NCBI GenBank assembly: GCA_965197525.1
Contig: OZ240211.1
Coordinates: 1,024,001-1,088,000 of the forward strand
Direction of reading: 5' to 3'
Origin: Nitrosopumilus sp.
Lineage (GTDB): Archaea > Thermoproteota > Nitrososphaeria > Nitrososphaerales > Nitrosopumilaceae
DNA length: 64,000 nt
The notes beneath the pieces were generated by a model. It was not told the origin of the DNA. It ran no database searches and worked only from the letters and a program-made list of their open reading frames with translations. Shown here piece after piece: positions 29,809-40,479 of this stretch; positions within the stretch are counted from its first letter, which is position 1; the number at the start of each line of letters is the position of its first letter. Position numbers and translations under genes: made by a program.

Positions 29809-30233
29809 TTGAAGAGACATCTGCAGGAGTTGTGCTGTTTAGGACAGAAGGGACAAAGAAACTGTTTCTGTTGTTGCATTATCCATCAGGACATTGGGAT
29901 TTTGTAAAGGGAAAGATAGAAAAGGGAGAGACTTCGCGTCAGACGGCCATTAGAGAAACGCAAGAAGAGACAGGGATTACAGACATTGAATTTATAGAAG
30001 ATTTTGAGGAGTGGATCAAGTACGAATTTCAATATCAAGGGGAGTTAGTCTTCAAAAAGGTAGTATTCTTTTTAGCTGAAACAAAGAACAAAGACGTCAA
30101 AATCTCACACGAACACCTAGATTACGTCTGGGCAAGTTATAATCGGTCAATGAAGAGAACTACATTTGTCAATGCAAAGAAAGTGTTGACCAAAGCGCAG
30201 CAGACGCTACTTTCCAATGCTGGCCAGCTGTAA
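29805..30233 (+). CDS. NUDIX hydrolase, Ap4A hydrolase-like
   Basis: HWDFVKGKIEKGE..AIRETQEETG, LSHEH-like. Confidence 0.88.
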   Translation: MIEETSAGVVLFRTEGTKKLFLLLHYPSGHWDFVKGKIEKGETSRQTAIRETQEETGITDIEFIEDFEEWIKYEFQYQGELVFKKVVFFLAETKNKDVKISHEHLDYVWASYNRSMKRTTFVNAKKVLTKAQQTLLSNAGQL

Positions 30234-30950
30234 CTGTTTTGCCACATCAACAGGACTATCAGAGTTTAGGATAGTTCTGCCAACTATCAGATAGTTGGTC
30301 CCAGAGGAGATGACTGCAGTTGCACTGCCGCCTTGAGTGCCTACGCCGGGTGAGTAGATGCTCAAACGCTTTTTTGATTTTTGGGAGCAGTATCGAATTA
30401 TGTCAGGGAACGTGGCTCCAACTATGATTCCGTCTGCTTTTGCGTCCAAAGCCCAGTCCAGAAATAGCTGGTATAGGTGCTGTCGTCGCTGATTTACCAT
30501 AATTTTCATATCGTAGGATAGTCTGGCCTCTGGTGCACTCATGTGACATAAAGTTACAACTCCTTTGCCGTGCCTGTGAGCAGACTTTACCAGATTCTTT
30601 AGACTATCAAGACCCATTATTGGATTTACAATTACAGCGTCAAATCCTAAATCCCACAGATGCTCTGTAGTTACCTTGTTTGTGTTTCCAATATCGTTTA
30701 GCTTGATATCAGCGATGGCCTGCAGCCCGTATCTGTGAGCTGTTTGAGTGATTTTGAGTATCTCTTTTTTACCTAATGGGAGCAAGAGATGAAAATTTAG
30801 TTTGATTCCACAAAGATACGGATGCAGCTGTTTGATATTCTGAATCGTCTTTTTTTGCAAATGTTCTACTGAAGCGTCGTAGTCATTGGCAAGAATGACT
30901 TTGCCGTTGGTCTTTGAGATGCGCGATAGTCGGGTCTTAAAATGAAGCAT
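30207..30950 (-). CDS. pyrF: Orotidine 5'-phosphate decarboxylase
   Basis: ADIKLNDIGNT, SPGVGTQGG, IVGRTI. Confidence 0.93.
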   Translation of the reverse strand: MLHFKTRLSRISKTNGKVILANDYDASVEHLQKKTIQNIKQLHPYLCGIKLNFHLLLPLGKKEILKITQTAHRYGLQAIADIKLNDIGNTNKVTTEHLWDLGFDAVIVNPIMGLDSLKNLVKSAHRHGKGVVTLCHMSAPEARLSYDMKIMVNQRRQHLYQLFLDWALDAKADGIIVGATFPDIIRYCSQKSKKRLSIYSPGVGTQGGSATAVISSGTNYLIVGRTILNSDSPVDVAKQLQLASIGK

Positions 30951-31075
30951 GATCAGCTAACAAACAAGTCTCTTTTAACTTTATTATTTTGATTAGGTAA
31001 TTGAAAAGCTCTTGAGATTGAACAGTATAATAAATTTGGTTTAAAGTATACAGATCAGGCGTTGTGAGGTCTTCT

Positions 31076-32077
31076 TCATCTTCTTCTATCAATGACATGA
31101 CTGATTTCAGGACCTGTTCCAATTATGGTAACAGGCAAGTTTAATCGGTTCTCAATATTCGCAATGAATGCTTTTGCATCATCAGCTAGTTCGTCAAATG
31201 CAGTTTTTTTGGCACAGTCTGGAAACAGTACATCCAATTTTGTCACTGCAATCTGGGTTGCACCATTAAGCATAATTGAACGTCTAGCCAGATCAAAGTC
31301 AAAGTCAGCAGCACGTCTCTGACGACCCGTAACGGTGCCAAACTCTGACCAACCCTTCTTCTCTGCATCCTCTAATGTCAGTTCGTTTGCAAGAGGGCCT
31401 GTTCCAACACGAGTAACATAAGACTTGAAGACGATTATAACCTCATCTACCCTAGTTGGTCCAAGTCCAATATCAGCGCATATTCCTGATGCTGTGACAT
31501 CTTTTGATGTCACATAGGGATATGTCCCGTGCCACAATGACAGAAACGTTCCCTGAGTACCCTCTACTAGGACAGATTCGTCATTATCAAGTGCGGTGTT
31601 TATCTCCAAGGGAACGTCAGTGACAAGCGACGATAATGAATCAAAGTCCTTTGCCAATCTCAAGACTCGCATGGCCCTATCGGCATTTGCAGGGCCCGTA
31701 CCTGAACCGGTGCTGCCAATCTTATTTTTTAACTCGCCCTTTGAGTCTCGTGACAGATGAGTCTCTTCAATGACTCCACAGTGCTTGTCAATAAACGAGC
31801 GTCCTGATACACCAAAATCTGAGATCTCTTTATTTAATACATCAGGATTGATGACAACGCCTGGTCCTATCATCACTTTGGAATCTTTGTTTAAAAATCC
31901 GCTTGGAAGCATTCGTACTTTGTATACAGTGTCACCATCCTTTATTGTATGTCCGGCATTGGGACCTGCGCCCCCGCGTACTATTATCTTTGGATTATCT
32001 TTAATTGCAAGGTAAGAGATTATCTTTCCCTTGCCTTCATCGCCAAAAAATCCCCCAACAACTACAGTTGATGTCAT
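31076..32077 (-). CDS. purA: Adenylosuccinate synthetase (short archaeal type)
   Basis: GDEGKGK, GPNAGHT, EGTQG, TVTGRQRR. Confidence 0.96.
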   Translation of the reverse strand: MTSTVVVGGFFGDEGKGKIISYLAIKDNPKIIVRGGAGPNAGHTIKDGDTVYKVRMLPSGFLNKDSKVMIGPGVVINPDVLNKEISDFGVSGRSFIDKHCGVIEETHLSRDSKGELKNKIGSTGSGTGPANADRAMRVLRLAKDFDSLSSLVTDVPLEINTALDNDESVLVEGTQGTFLSLWHGTYPYVTSKDVTASGICADIGLGPTRVDEVIIVFKSYVTRVGTGPLANELTLEDAEKKGWSEFGTVTGRQRRAADFDFDLARRSIMLNGATQIAVTKLDVLFPDCAKKTAFDELADDAKAFIANIENRLNLPVTIIGTGPEISHVIDRRR

Positions 32078-32155
32078 ACTGTGGAATGACAATCTCGTTT
32101 ATTTATTCTAAAGCGTTTTGAATGATTTTATATCCAACTAAATTCAAGTGAATCA

Positions 32156-32617
32156 ATGTCAGATGAGAATTTTGCAGGAAACATCATAATTAACCTGGCC
32201 AATCTGCCTGATTTTCTAAGAAACCCCATCTTAAAGAAGAGGATGGTAGAATTCTTTGCATTACCTGAGTCAGAGAAGATGGAGGTGATCAATAACGCAT
32301 TAGAGGCGGGACCTACCATCCCGTTTCCAAACTTTGCAAAACTGTTCAAAACATGGCTTTTAATTTTAACAACGCTGTCTGCAGAGCAAAGATATGGATT
32401 ATTTTCAGCATATATAACACAGGTAGCAAAGGCGCCTGAGAAGTTGATCAAATTTCACATAGACGGGATTCTTGGAATATTTTTAGAGTTAGAAGACAAT
32501 GAAAGAGAGATTCTTGCAGATACAATCAAAAAGATAATAGATGATCTTGACGAGGACTCAAAGAGAAGAATCCTGATAGTTGTACCAGATAATGCTAAAA
32601 AGCACTTGAGATTCTAG
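32156..32617 (+). CDS. Conserved hypothetical protein
   Basis: 153-aa helical ORF. Confidence 0.7.
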   Translation: MSDENFAGNIIINLANLPDFLRNPILKKRMVEFFALPESEKMEVINNALEAGPTIPFPNFAKLFKTWLLILTTLSAEQRYGLFSAYITQVAKAPEKLIKFHIDGILGIFLELEDNEREILADTIKKIIDDLDEDSKRRILIVVPDNAKKHLRF

Positions 32618-32988
32618 GCGTTGGTATTATTGCTACCGGCAGTATCAGTGTCTGTAGTGTCACTAGTGGCGGCATCTGTTGTTGCAGCAACGTCAGCTGC
32701 AGTAGAGACGCCTGCGGGAGGTTCGTCAGGCTTTCTGTTATCCTCGTTTGTATAATCAATTATCTCACCTTCTGGAGATAACACACCTACAAAGATCTTT
32801 TCGTGTTTTTTTAGTAATTTTCTATGATCAAGCATTGACATGTCTAATTTCATCTCATTCATCACCATTATTTGATACTCCTTCCACTCAGCCCAGCACT
32901 TGTTACAGGTGGGATATTGGGCAGCAACAACGCCCAACTGCTCGTCATCGGGGATCGAATTTTTACATTTGGTACAAGTGCGGCTCAT
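32614..32988 (-). CDS. Fe(II)-trafficking/oxidative damage protection protein, YggX-like
   Basis: CWAEWKEYQIMVMNEMKLDM motif. Confidence 0.8.
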   Translation of the reverse strand: MSRTCTKCKNSIPDDEQLGVVAAQYPTCNKCWAEWKEYQIMVMNEMKLDMSMLDHRKLLKKHEKIFVGVLSPEGEIIDYTNEDNRKPDEPPAGVSTAADVAATTDAATSDTTDTDTAGSNNTNA

Positions 32989-33186
32989 AATGATTGACAA
33001 TAATAAACGCTTTTTATCTTTTTGTCAAACGTTAAAATCACCTTGATGGAATGGCTATCCGAGTATGATGCCTCACATGCGGCTGACAATAATCAACATG
33101 TAACGCTTGATGCTACTATCTAACAGAAGATTCGTAGATTCTAAGAAGAAATAACTAGAAGGTACAGTGATCGGATGCTGCGATTC

Positions 33187-33234
33187 ATGGTATGGTATGG
33201 TACGGCACGGCACGGCACGGCATGGCACGGCATG
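33187..33234. repeat. Intergenic pentamer microsatellite (AYGGY)n
   Basis: ATGGT x3, ACGGC x4, ATGGC, ACGGC. Confidence 0.85.
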
Positions 33235-33301
33235 ACAACATCTGACTAAATGTACGACCTGAGATGATCATAGGATTCGATACAAACTACGTGAAGATGT
33301 G

Positions 33302-35065
33302 TCAAGCCACTATAACACCCAGTCGAATCAGAAATTGTATTGTTTGTATGAAAACATCATCGTCATCTAGTGTACCGTCTGCCCACCATCCTGCATTGGT
33401 CCTAACCCAGTCAGGAATAGCAGATAAGTTTGAAGGAGATGAGGAAACATCAGTCTCAGGAATATGTATAATGTTATTCGCAATTAAAAATTGGATCCCC
33501 AAGATAAAGGCATCATCATCGAGCGTACCGTCGGCCCACCATCCTGCAGCAGTCTTAACCCAGTCAGGAATTGACGGTGCTAGTGTGTCTTGTGGCAGTA
33601 TTAAAGGAAAGCCATCACTAACTTTTAGAAACGCCGATCCTGTTCCAGAGTACTTTGACGTATAATCAAACCCAACGCCATATACTAGGACATCAACTCT
33701 AATTGTATCCGGGGATGGAATGTAGATGTTTTGAATATCTGACCCTTCAGCTGCTACAATTCCCAGAGTTATTGTACTGTCATCGTATCCATTTCGTGCT
33801 ATCTCTTGGCCGGATTCATCAAAGACCGTGTATGCATATCTTATATCGGTAATCGGTTCTCCATATTCATTGAAGAATGCAAATTCAAATGGGATCTCTT
33901 GATCCACACCATACGAACCATCATATGAAATAGTTACGTTGGTGGGAACCCGTTCAAAGTTTTCTGAATCGACAAGATAAAAATCAGCAGATATCATCTC
34001 AACTTCAACAAATGGAACAAATTTTAGATTCATTATCTTACTTTCATAGTTATCAGGGCCAAGAGATTCGTTGATTCTGTCTAATTCAGCGTTTGCTAAA
34101 AGAAGATGAAAAATATTAGTTACATCGTTGTTGTATGGATCAACTAGTAATGTTCTTTGACTAGTTTTTACACCATTCACATAGCCGTGGATCTGTTTGT
34201 CTTCAGCAAATGGCGCAAATGATTTTGGAACTCTGACCTCCTCACGAACTAGCCTGACTTTATCGATGTGACCTGGATCCCAATCAAATGGCATATCAAA
34301 ATTAATAGAGTTATCTGTTGTATCAAAATGGAAATTTTCAACATCATCATAATACGTCTTGACAACTATTGGTATTTCTTCTGCGTCTTCAGTTTGAATT
34401 AGAAAGTCATATTCCTGTGAGATAGTAACAAACACGTTGTAGCTTAATAATTCTGTAACCAGTGTACGAGGACTGTGCATACCATCGATATCTATCCTGA
34501 TGTTGTATAAACCACCTCTGTCAAATATCGGTCCTGTAATACTAGGCATTTTGCAGACATCAAGATTATCGTCATTGCATTGAATGCCAAACACGTAAAG
34601 TGCGCCCGGTGCTAAAGCATGTTCAGATCCGTCATAAATGGTGCATCGCCACAGATCAGATTCGTTACAGTCGGATTGAGGACTAATCTCGATGTATAAT
34701 TGACCATCATCATCGTAAAATAAACTTCTTGCAAGTAAGTCTTGGTTCTTCCAAATTTCGACACGATATGTCACTTGTTCCAAAGTTGTGTTAGTAAGAG
34801 TATCAAATAACCTAACCTTCAAAATAACGTCGTCAAAACTATCGACTGCAAGATAATCCGGGAAGGTACGAACGCTCACCGTGACTTCCATCCCATCATA
34901 ACTTATGGGTTCGGGAAGACTTATGTAATCTCCAGGGTGATGTCCAAAGGCTGCGGGAAAAACAACAGAGATTGCAAAAACGCCGATTGCAATAACGCCA
35001 AGCAGTCCAGACACATAACGCAATAGTAAAACTAGACAAAGATCATATTTAAGAATGGTATTCAA
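33302..35065 (-). CDS. Exported protein with two C-terminal IPxWV..AGWWADG repeats (thaumarchaeal surface-protein module)
   Basis: Signal-like N-terminus; IPDWVKTAAGWWADG and IPDWVRTNAGWWADG. Confidence 0.8.
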   Translation of the reverse strand: MNTILKYDLCLVLLLRYVSGLLGVIAIGVFAISVVFPAAFGHHPGDYISLPEPISYDGMEVTVSVRTFPDYLAVDSFDDVILKVRLFDTLTNTTLEQVTYRVEIWKNQDLLARSLFYDDDGQLYIEISPQSDCNESDLWRCTIYDGSEHALAPGALYVFGIQCNDDNLDVCKMPSITGPIFDRGGLYNIRIDIDGMHSPRTLVTELLSYNVFVTISQEYDFLIQTEDAEEIPIVVKTYYDDVENFHFDTTDNSINFDMPFDWDPGHIDKVRLVREEVRVPKSFAPFAEDKQIHGYVNGVKTSQRTLLVDPYNNDVTNIFHLLLANAELDRINESLGPDNYESKIMNLKFVPFVEVEMISADFYLVDSENFERVPTNVTISYDGSYGVDQEIPFEFAFFNEYGEPITDIRYAYTVFDESGQEIARNGYDDSTITLGIVAAEGSDIQNIYIPSPDTIRVDVLVYGVGFDYTSKYSGTGSAFLKVSDGFPLILPQDTLAPSIPDWVKTAAGWWADGTLDDDAFILGIQFLIANNIIHIPETDVSSSPSNLSAIPDWVRTNAGWWADGTLDDDDVFIQTIQFLIRLGVIVA

Positions 35066-35486
35066 TTATTTGAGTTGACAATGTAGGACACACCGTCTAG
35101 GGCAACTTGGTCTTATCTTGTAGACCTGTCAAACTACAAAAAGATGAAAGCGAGTCAATGTGTGTCGAATCAGTATGAGCGTACATGCGCCAAAATGACT
35201 CTGTAACAAAATCCGCCTCACATAGATGAGTTCTTTCTGGTTCTAATCCACAAAGTACACCATTTCCTGGATTACTGTATTTTATTCATGTAGATGATAG
35301 ACGCACAATCACAATGTAAAGTAAGAACAAAACTGTGTAGTTTTTTAAAGTTCATTACGACAATAATGAAATTTACGCTCAAACTTGTATCTCTCATAAA
35401 ACATAGTAATGATTGGTCAATATCTTGTGCGTAGATACTAGCTTGCCTTAAAAAAACTACAGTTACAATAATAATAATAATTACTT

Positions 35487-35717
35487 GTGATATATGGTAG
35501 TATGAAGATCAAGTGTCCAAAATGCAACGAGGATGCAGAGCTTGCAATGGATTACTCGGAAGTAAAATGCGGCTCTTGTGATTTGGATATGAGTTATGGG
35601 GAATATGTAAAATTTGTAGCCCATAATGAGCCAACATACTCGGATATTTTGGGAGATTATGCAGGAGGAGGTAGTACAGAGGGTCAGTCTACAGGTTCGT
35701 TAGATGAATGGGATTAG
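35487..35717 (+). CDS. Small zinc-ribbon protein
   Basis: CPKC..CGSC; likely start at M6. Confidence 0.7.
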   Translation: MIYGSMKIKCPKCNEDAELAMDYSEVKCGSCDLDMSYGEYVKFVAHNEPTYSDILGDYAGGGSTEGQSTGSLDEWD

Positions 35718-35776
35718 TCTATAAACACATCGTCCATCAGGTTAAAATAATTAGTTCTACATATTTCTAAACGTCA

Positions 35777-36418
35777 TTGGAATTTTTACTAGAGAATATC
35801 CTCAACTTGGTCGGATTTGTAGTAGGATTAGCTATAGGAATAATGGCGCTGATTGGATTTAGAAATACCGGCAGCCCAACACTGTTTAGATTAACGATTG
35901 CGTTTTTTTCGATAAGTGCAGGATTTTGTGTTATTTGGATAGGATACGTGTTAGAAGACTTTGTGATACAATCAGGTAGCATTGAGAAATGGATTCAAAC
36001 TTTGGGGATTGTAATTCAGACAATAGGATATTTTTTCATTGCGTTTTCACACAGCATAAAATCATTCTTCCCAAAATCCAGCTACTTTAGATCGGTGGGA
36101 ATTCTTCCCTTGTTTCTTGTTTCTTCAGTGCAGTTGGAACACATATTCAGATCTGTGTCGTTTATTTTGCTAGCGTATGGCGCAATTGAAACAATGCTGT
36201 CATATATGGAGAATAGAAACAAGGGGGCAATTTCAGTAGCTGCCGGATTGGGACTTTTGGCATTAGGAGAATTTTTGGGATGGTACTCGTTTGTGTTCCC
36301 AGAGTCAGTCCTGTATTCTGCATCAATGATAATAAAGATAGCAGGATTGATAGCACTGTTCATACCAGTAAGCAAAGTGCCACTGACTAGGATAAAATTT
36401 GATGACGATCTAAAATAA
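35777..36418 (+). CDS. Multi-pass membrane protein
   Basis: About 7 hydrophobic segments. Confidence 0.75.
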   Translation: MEFLLENILNLVGFVVGLAIGIMALIGFRNTGSPTLFRLTIAFFSISAGFCVIWIGYVLEDFVIQSGSIEKWIQTLGIVIQTIGYFFIAFSHSIKSFFPKSSYFRSVGILPLFLVSSVQLEHIFRSVSFILLAYGAIETMLSYMENRNKGAISVAAGLGLLALGEFLGWYSFVFPESVLYSASMIIKIAGLIALFIPVSKVPLTRIKFDDDLK

Positions 36419-36540
36419 TTTTTAGATTAGGCTCAAATTTTAAAATAATGTAAGGTTTGTCAAATTCTTTTATCTTTTTTGTATATTGGAAAAGAGTATT
36501 CACCTAACAAAGAAATTTTCACAACATGATAATGGTGTAA

Positions 36541-36828
36541 ATGGCAGAATATAGAACACATATGCAAATTATTGGCGATATCCTGACTACCACAAAGGAT
36601 GACCTAAGAGATGAAGAGGGTGCCACAGTTACTTTTCTTATCAGAAAAGCAAATATTTCACACTCTAGAATTTCAAGAATCTTAAAGACACTAGTTTCAC
36701 AAGGACTGTTAGAACGAAGAGAGAATCAGGGATCAAACAAATACAAGATCAGCCAGTCAGGTAGAGAGTTTTTACAAGCATACTATGCGTTTACACAATT
36801 TGCAAACAACTTTGGATTAAGCATCTAA
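36541..36828 (+). CDS. Winged-helix regulator
   Basis: YRTHMQIIGDIL..ANISHSRISR..L..YKIS..G; paralog of 50612..50893. Confidence 0.8.
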   Translation: MAEYRTHMQIIGDILTTTKDDLRDEEGATVTFLIRKANISHSRISRILKTLVSQGLLERRENQGSNKYKISQSGREFLQAYYAFTQFANNFGLSI

Positions 36829-37629
36829 AGACAAAGTTAACAGATAATAGAATAATGAATAGTGAATGATAGTGATTATAGTGAATCATGATAGTGATCA
36901 ATCGTCATCATCGTAAAAGGGAGCATCTTAACCATCATCATCATCATCTAGATTGTCATCAAAGTCATCTTCAAAATCATTATCCAGATAGTCAGGTAGC
37001 GACATATTATGTCAATAGCTGCGATACTGTAAAAACTTTGTTAAACAAAAATAAGGCATAGAGATAAAAATTTCAAATAAATGTATGGGTGGTGATATTA
37101 CTCAGTCAAAATTGTGTAGGTGTTTTATACAAAAAGCAGTTAGAAGATTGACGCCAAAGATATGTAACAGCAATAGTGACATGATCAGCAAAATATAATG
37201 TAATGTAAGCGAATGCAAAATCATAAAGGCAGTGCTGCATGATTTTGTACGTGTTGTATGACTAATACGCATTGCACATATTACTAAACTAATTTGCAGT
37301 GTGCGTTCATAGAAAAAATCCATATGCATCAAAGAACTTTCCTATCAAAAGACACAGCTGTGGTTTAAGAGAACCTTCATGTTTGAGAAAACATGCGATT
37401 ATCAAAACTTGTCAGGGTATAATTTAACAAAGAAAGCACATCTGAGTTGAATCTCATAACTGATTTTGATTAGAGAAAGAGGAAGAGAGATGATGGTGCC
37501 ATTTACAGCACAAAAGACACCCTTGTTTTCAGCATTGTTTTTTGAACAAACCAGCACATCTACGATTTGCACTACATTTTAAAGACTAGCCTCAAAAAAG
37601 CAATAAATTACTATGAAAACGATGTAAAC

Positions 37630-39001
37630 TAGTTTGTTTCATAACATGCCACAGTTCTGACCCGATTGTATAGCATCTAGCCCATACTTTCATCATACCA
37701 TTGAGATCACCCTCTGAGTTATGTCTACGAACTGGTTGTAGCGCTGGATCTTTAACGCTATCTCTTGAATAATGTTATCCATTGTTTTTGCCCTTACCGA
37801 ACTTCCAAATATTCTCTTGAACGCAGAGAAGAATATCTCCACCTGCCATCGGGAACCGTATTCCGCACGTTTTTTCCACTCGTTTTGGTTTTCCGCACGT
37901 TCCTTGATATCCATCTCATGGAATTTGGCAAGGCTTGTAGTGCCGCCACCCAGCTGGTCAAGCGCTGCAATACCGCGTTCCCTGCTTATCCCCATTGCCT
38001 TGTATTCTGCATTGCGTCTTATCCTGATGATAGGTGTAATGCCGTACTCTTTGCATATCTGAAAATTCTCCCTGCTGTCATATCCTGCATCTGCCTTGAT
38101 CTTAATTTTAACATGATCTGGCGGTGGCCCAGTACCTGCAGCCATTACTGTTGCGCGTCGTACATCTGGATCTATTCCCTTGTTCCTCAGTGCCTGTCTT
38201 ATCAGGGGCTCGAACTGTGGGGAATCACCAATCTTTTCGTCAGTTACCGTGAATCCAAGCACCCGCATGGTGTCCTGCTGTATCATGACACTGAGTCTTA
38301 TGAAACCTGACTTGGTCTTTATCTTGTATTTGTATCGTATGTAGTCGCCTTTGGCAGACGGGGACATGCCTGTTCCATCTATGATGATCTGCAACACACT
38401 GTCTTTGCTCCTGACGGTTATGGTTCTGTCTGTAATGGATGTATCAAGACTCTTCGTTCTTCTCCACAGGGTAACGTGATCAGGTGCGTTTTCCTCACCC
38501 AGTGCAGCTATTGCCATTCCTTCCACACATCTGAATGCAATGCCCAGCTGTAGACGTATTCCGATTATGGCCATTATCAGGCACTCTGGATAGATGAACG
38601 GATGACCGTTTTTGCCTGCATTCATCCGTTTAAGTTCATCTACCATGTTGTCAGGAAGAACCAAATGTATCATCTTTCCTCGTTCCACATATCTTGCATC
38701 ATTTTGCGCATGGCTCATGTGTAGCCGCGATTTTTGTTTGGTTCTGGTACCATCATGCGTCATACCCGTCTACCTCCAGAACGCAGCACATAACTAATTT
38801 CGATTAACTTGCTGGAGAAAAGAAACTCACACGTAACATTAAATTGTCTTCCTGTGAAATATGGTTGGTGCGGATATCCTTTCACGCTTGTCGTTGTAGA
38901 TGCTGAAAGGACCATTAGCTCCAGATCTTTAAATGCAGTGGCAGTTAATCTGCAACTTGAATATCTATGACACTGTTTGTGGCAGGTTATGAAACAAACT
39001 A
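37630..39001 (-). mobile_element. IS5-family insertion sequence, intact
   Basis: 24-bp TIRs 37630-37653 and 38978-39001 (1 mismatch); TSD ATGTAAAC at 37622-37629 and 39002-39009. Confidence 0.92.
37693..38763 (-). CDS. IS5-family DDE transposase
   Basis: IDGTG, ADAGYDS, RWQVEIFFSAFKR triad. Confidence 0.9.
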   Translation of the reverse strand: MTHDGTRTKQKSRLHMSHAQNDARYVERGKMIHLVLPDNMVDELKRMNAGKNGHPFIYPECLIMAIIGIRLQLGIAFRCVEGMAIAALGEENAPDHVTLWRRTKSLDTSITDRTITVRSKDSVLQIIIDGTGMSPSAKGDYIRYKYKIKTKSGFIRLSVMIQQDTMRVLGFTVTDEKIGDSPQFEPLIRQALRNKGIDPDVRRATVMAAGTGPPPDHVKIKIKADAGYDSRENFQICKEYGITPIIRIRRNAEYKAMGISRERGIAALDQLGGGTTSLAKFHEMDIKERAENQNEWKKRAEYGSRWQVEIFFSAFKRIFGSSVRAKTMDNIIQEIALKIQRYNQFVDITQRVISMV

Positions 39002-39121
39002 ATGTAAACAACTCTGTTTCCTAAGTTACATGCAACACAGGCCACCATCCGAGTGATTTTGCTTATGTCATTGCCTTTCCTCCTACACTGCGGTCTTTGT
39101 GGCGGGTTTTAGACTGATACA

Positions 39122-40281
39122 CTATCTTTGGTGTGCCGTTCCGTTCTCAATTGCCGTATCGATCATCTGATTGTACAAACACACCTTTCCGTATATCTCC
39201 GTCTTGACGTTTTCCCACTTTCGTGCCATTATAGACTCCCCTAATACCCGCTTGAACGTAGAGAACGCAGTCTCTACTGTCCACCTGTCGTTGTATCCTG
39301 ATTCCCTGCGCCACATATTCTGCCGTTCCTTCTTTTCCTTGCGCGTAAGATCTGCAAACTTGTGTTCTGACTTTTTATCTATACCACTGATTCCGGTTCG
39401 CATTAATTTTGCTGGAAACGCAAACGGATGCATGTCTCTTTTTATCTATATGCTCAAAACTGCCAAGCTGCTCGAACCCAGCCTTTTTGCGGGACATGCA
39501 TCCGTTTGCGTTTCCAGCAAAATTAATGCGAACCGGAATCAGTGGTTTAATCTCGTTTTTGTTGCAGTAGTTGTAAATATCTCGTGTATCATACGCACCA
39601 TCGGCACCTTGGTATCAGTAGATGTCTCCACGTTTGATGATTTTTCTGCGTTTGCAAAAGCTTGTTCCACTAGTTCTTCAAACTGTGGGGAATCTCCACA
39701 CTTGTCGTCAGTTATGACCACTGCATAGATCTTCTTGGTTTTAGCATCTACACCGACATGCAGTTTTATGAATCCGCGCCTCACTCCCCACTTTTCTGCC
39801 ATCCAGTCGCCGCGGTTTGTAGGCTTGAGCCCGGTTGAATCAAACGCAAACAAGCTTATCTCGGTTCTCGTTTTGCCGTCTGTAAACCATGCAGCAGTAG
39901 TGTTACCGCTACCGTTGTCATCTATTGTACAGTTGAGTTTTGTCATCTTTTCTGAAATGCCGAGTATGTAGGCGCATTTTCCTTGCCGACGATTGCCTCT
40001 GCCACACCCTCCAACTGTCTGTACGGGATACCTGTGGCGTTTCGGAACAGAACAGCTGCTGCAACGCATGCGTCTGAGAATGTAAACGGGTGGCCTACCT
40101 TTCCACAGTTCATCTTATCAAGCCCCTGCACCATGAGCTCCTCGTTTATCTGAAGCATAAACAACTTGCCGCGATCTATGTATTTGCGGTTATCATACTG
40201 GAGTCTGCATTCGTTTGAACTGTAAGATTTTTTAGTACCATGCTTGCCTAGTTTGTCTGGAGAGGATGTGTTTTTGGTCAT
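39122..40281 (-). pseudogene. IS5-family transposase pseudogene
   Basis: FDSTGLK..KLHVGVD, ADGAYD and RWTVETAFS are split across frames; 1-bp frameshifts near 39947 and 39607 plus a 67-bp insertion at 39371-39437. Confidence 0.88.
39383..39546. repeat. Perfect 54-bp inverted repeat with 56-bp loop
   Basis: 39383-39436 is the exact reverse complement of 39493-39546; 13-bp direct repeat CTTTTTATCTATA at 39371-39383 and 39438-39450. Confidence 0.93.
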
Positions 40282-40449
40282 GATTGATAGTCTGATTGAC
40301 AACGCACCTCTCTGTTCAATACAGTTTTCTATTGAAAGTGTTTGATACAACGTTCAAATTCAGTTGTTCTATGCCTAATCTGATCTGATTTTGGATTAGT
40401 TAGGCGTGGTTGATGATAATTAGGAAACAGAGTTATGTAAACAGCACAC

Positions 40450-40479
40450 TTATAAAGTAAAGTACCGTACTATACGGTA
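40450..40479 (+). promoter_or_regulatory. radA promoter: TATA box and palindromic operator-like site
   Basis: TTATAAA 40450-40456; TACCGTA-N3-TACGGTA 40463-40479 ending on the A of the ATG. Confidence 0.6.

Larger units (their letters stand above)
39010..40434 (-). mobile_element. Second IS5-family element, transposase disrupted
   Basis: Perfect 15-bp TIRs AACTCTGTTTCCTAA 39010-39024 and 40420-40434; TSD ATGTAAAC at 39002-39009 and 40435-40442. Confidence 0.92.

Noticed and set aside
36830-37620. Short acidic peptide ORF and 76-aa ORF 37102..37332
   Set aside because: No recognisable family; multiple stops suggest decayed or low-complexity DNA
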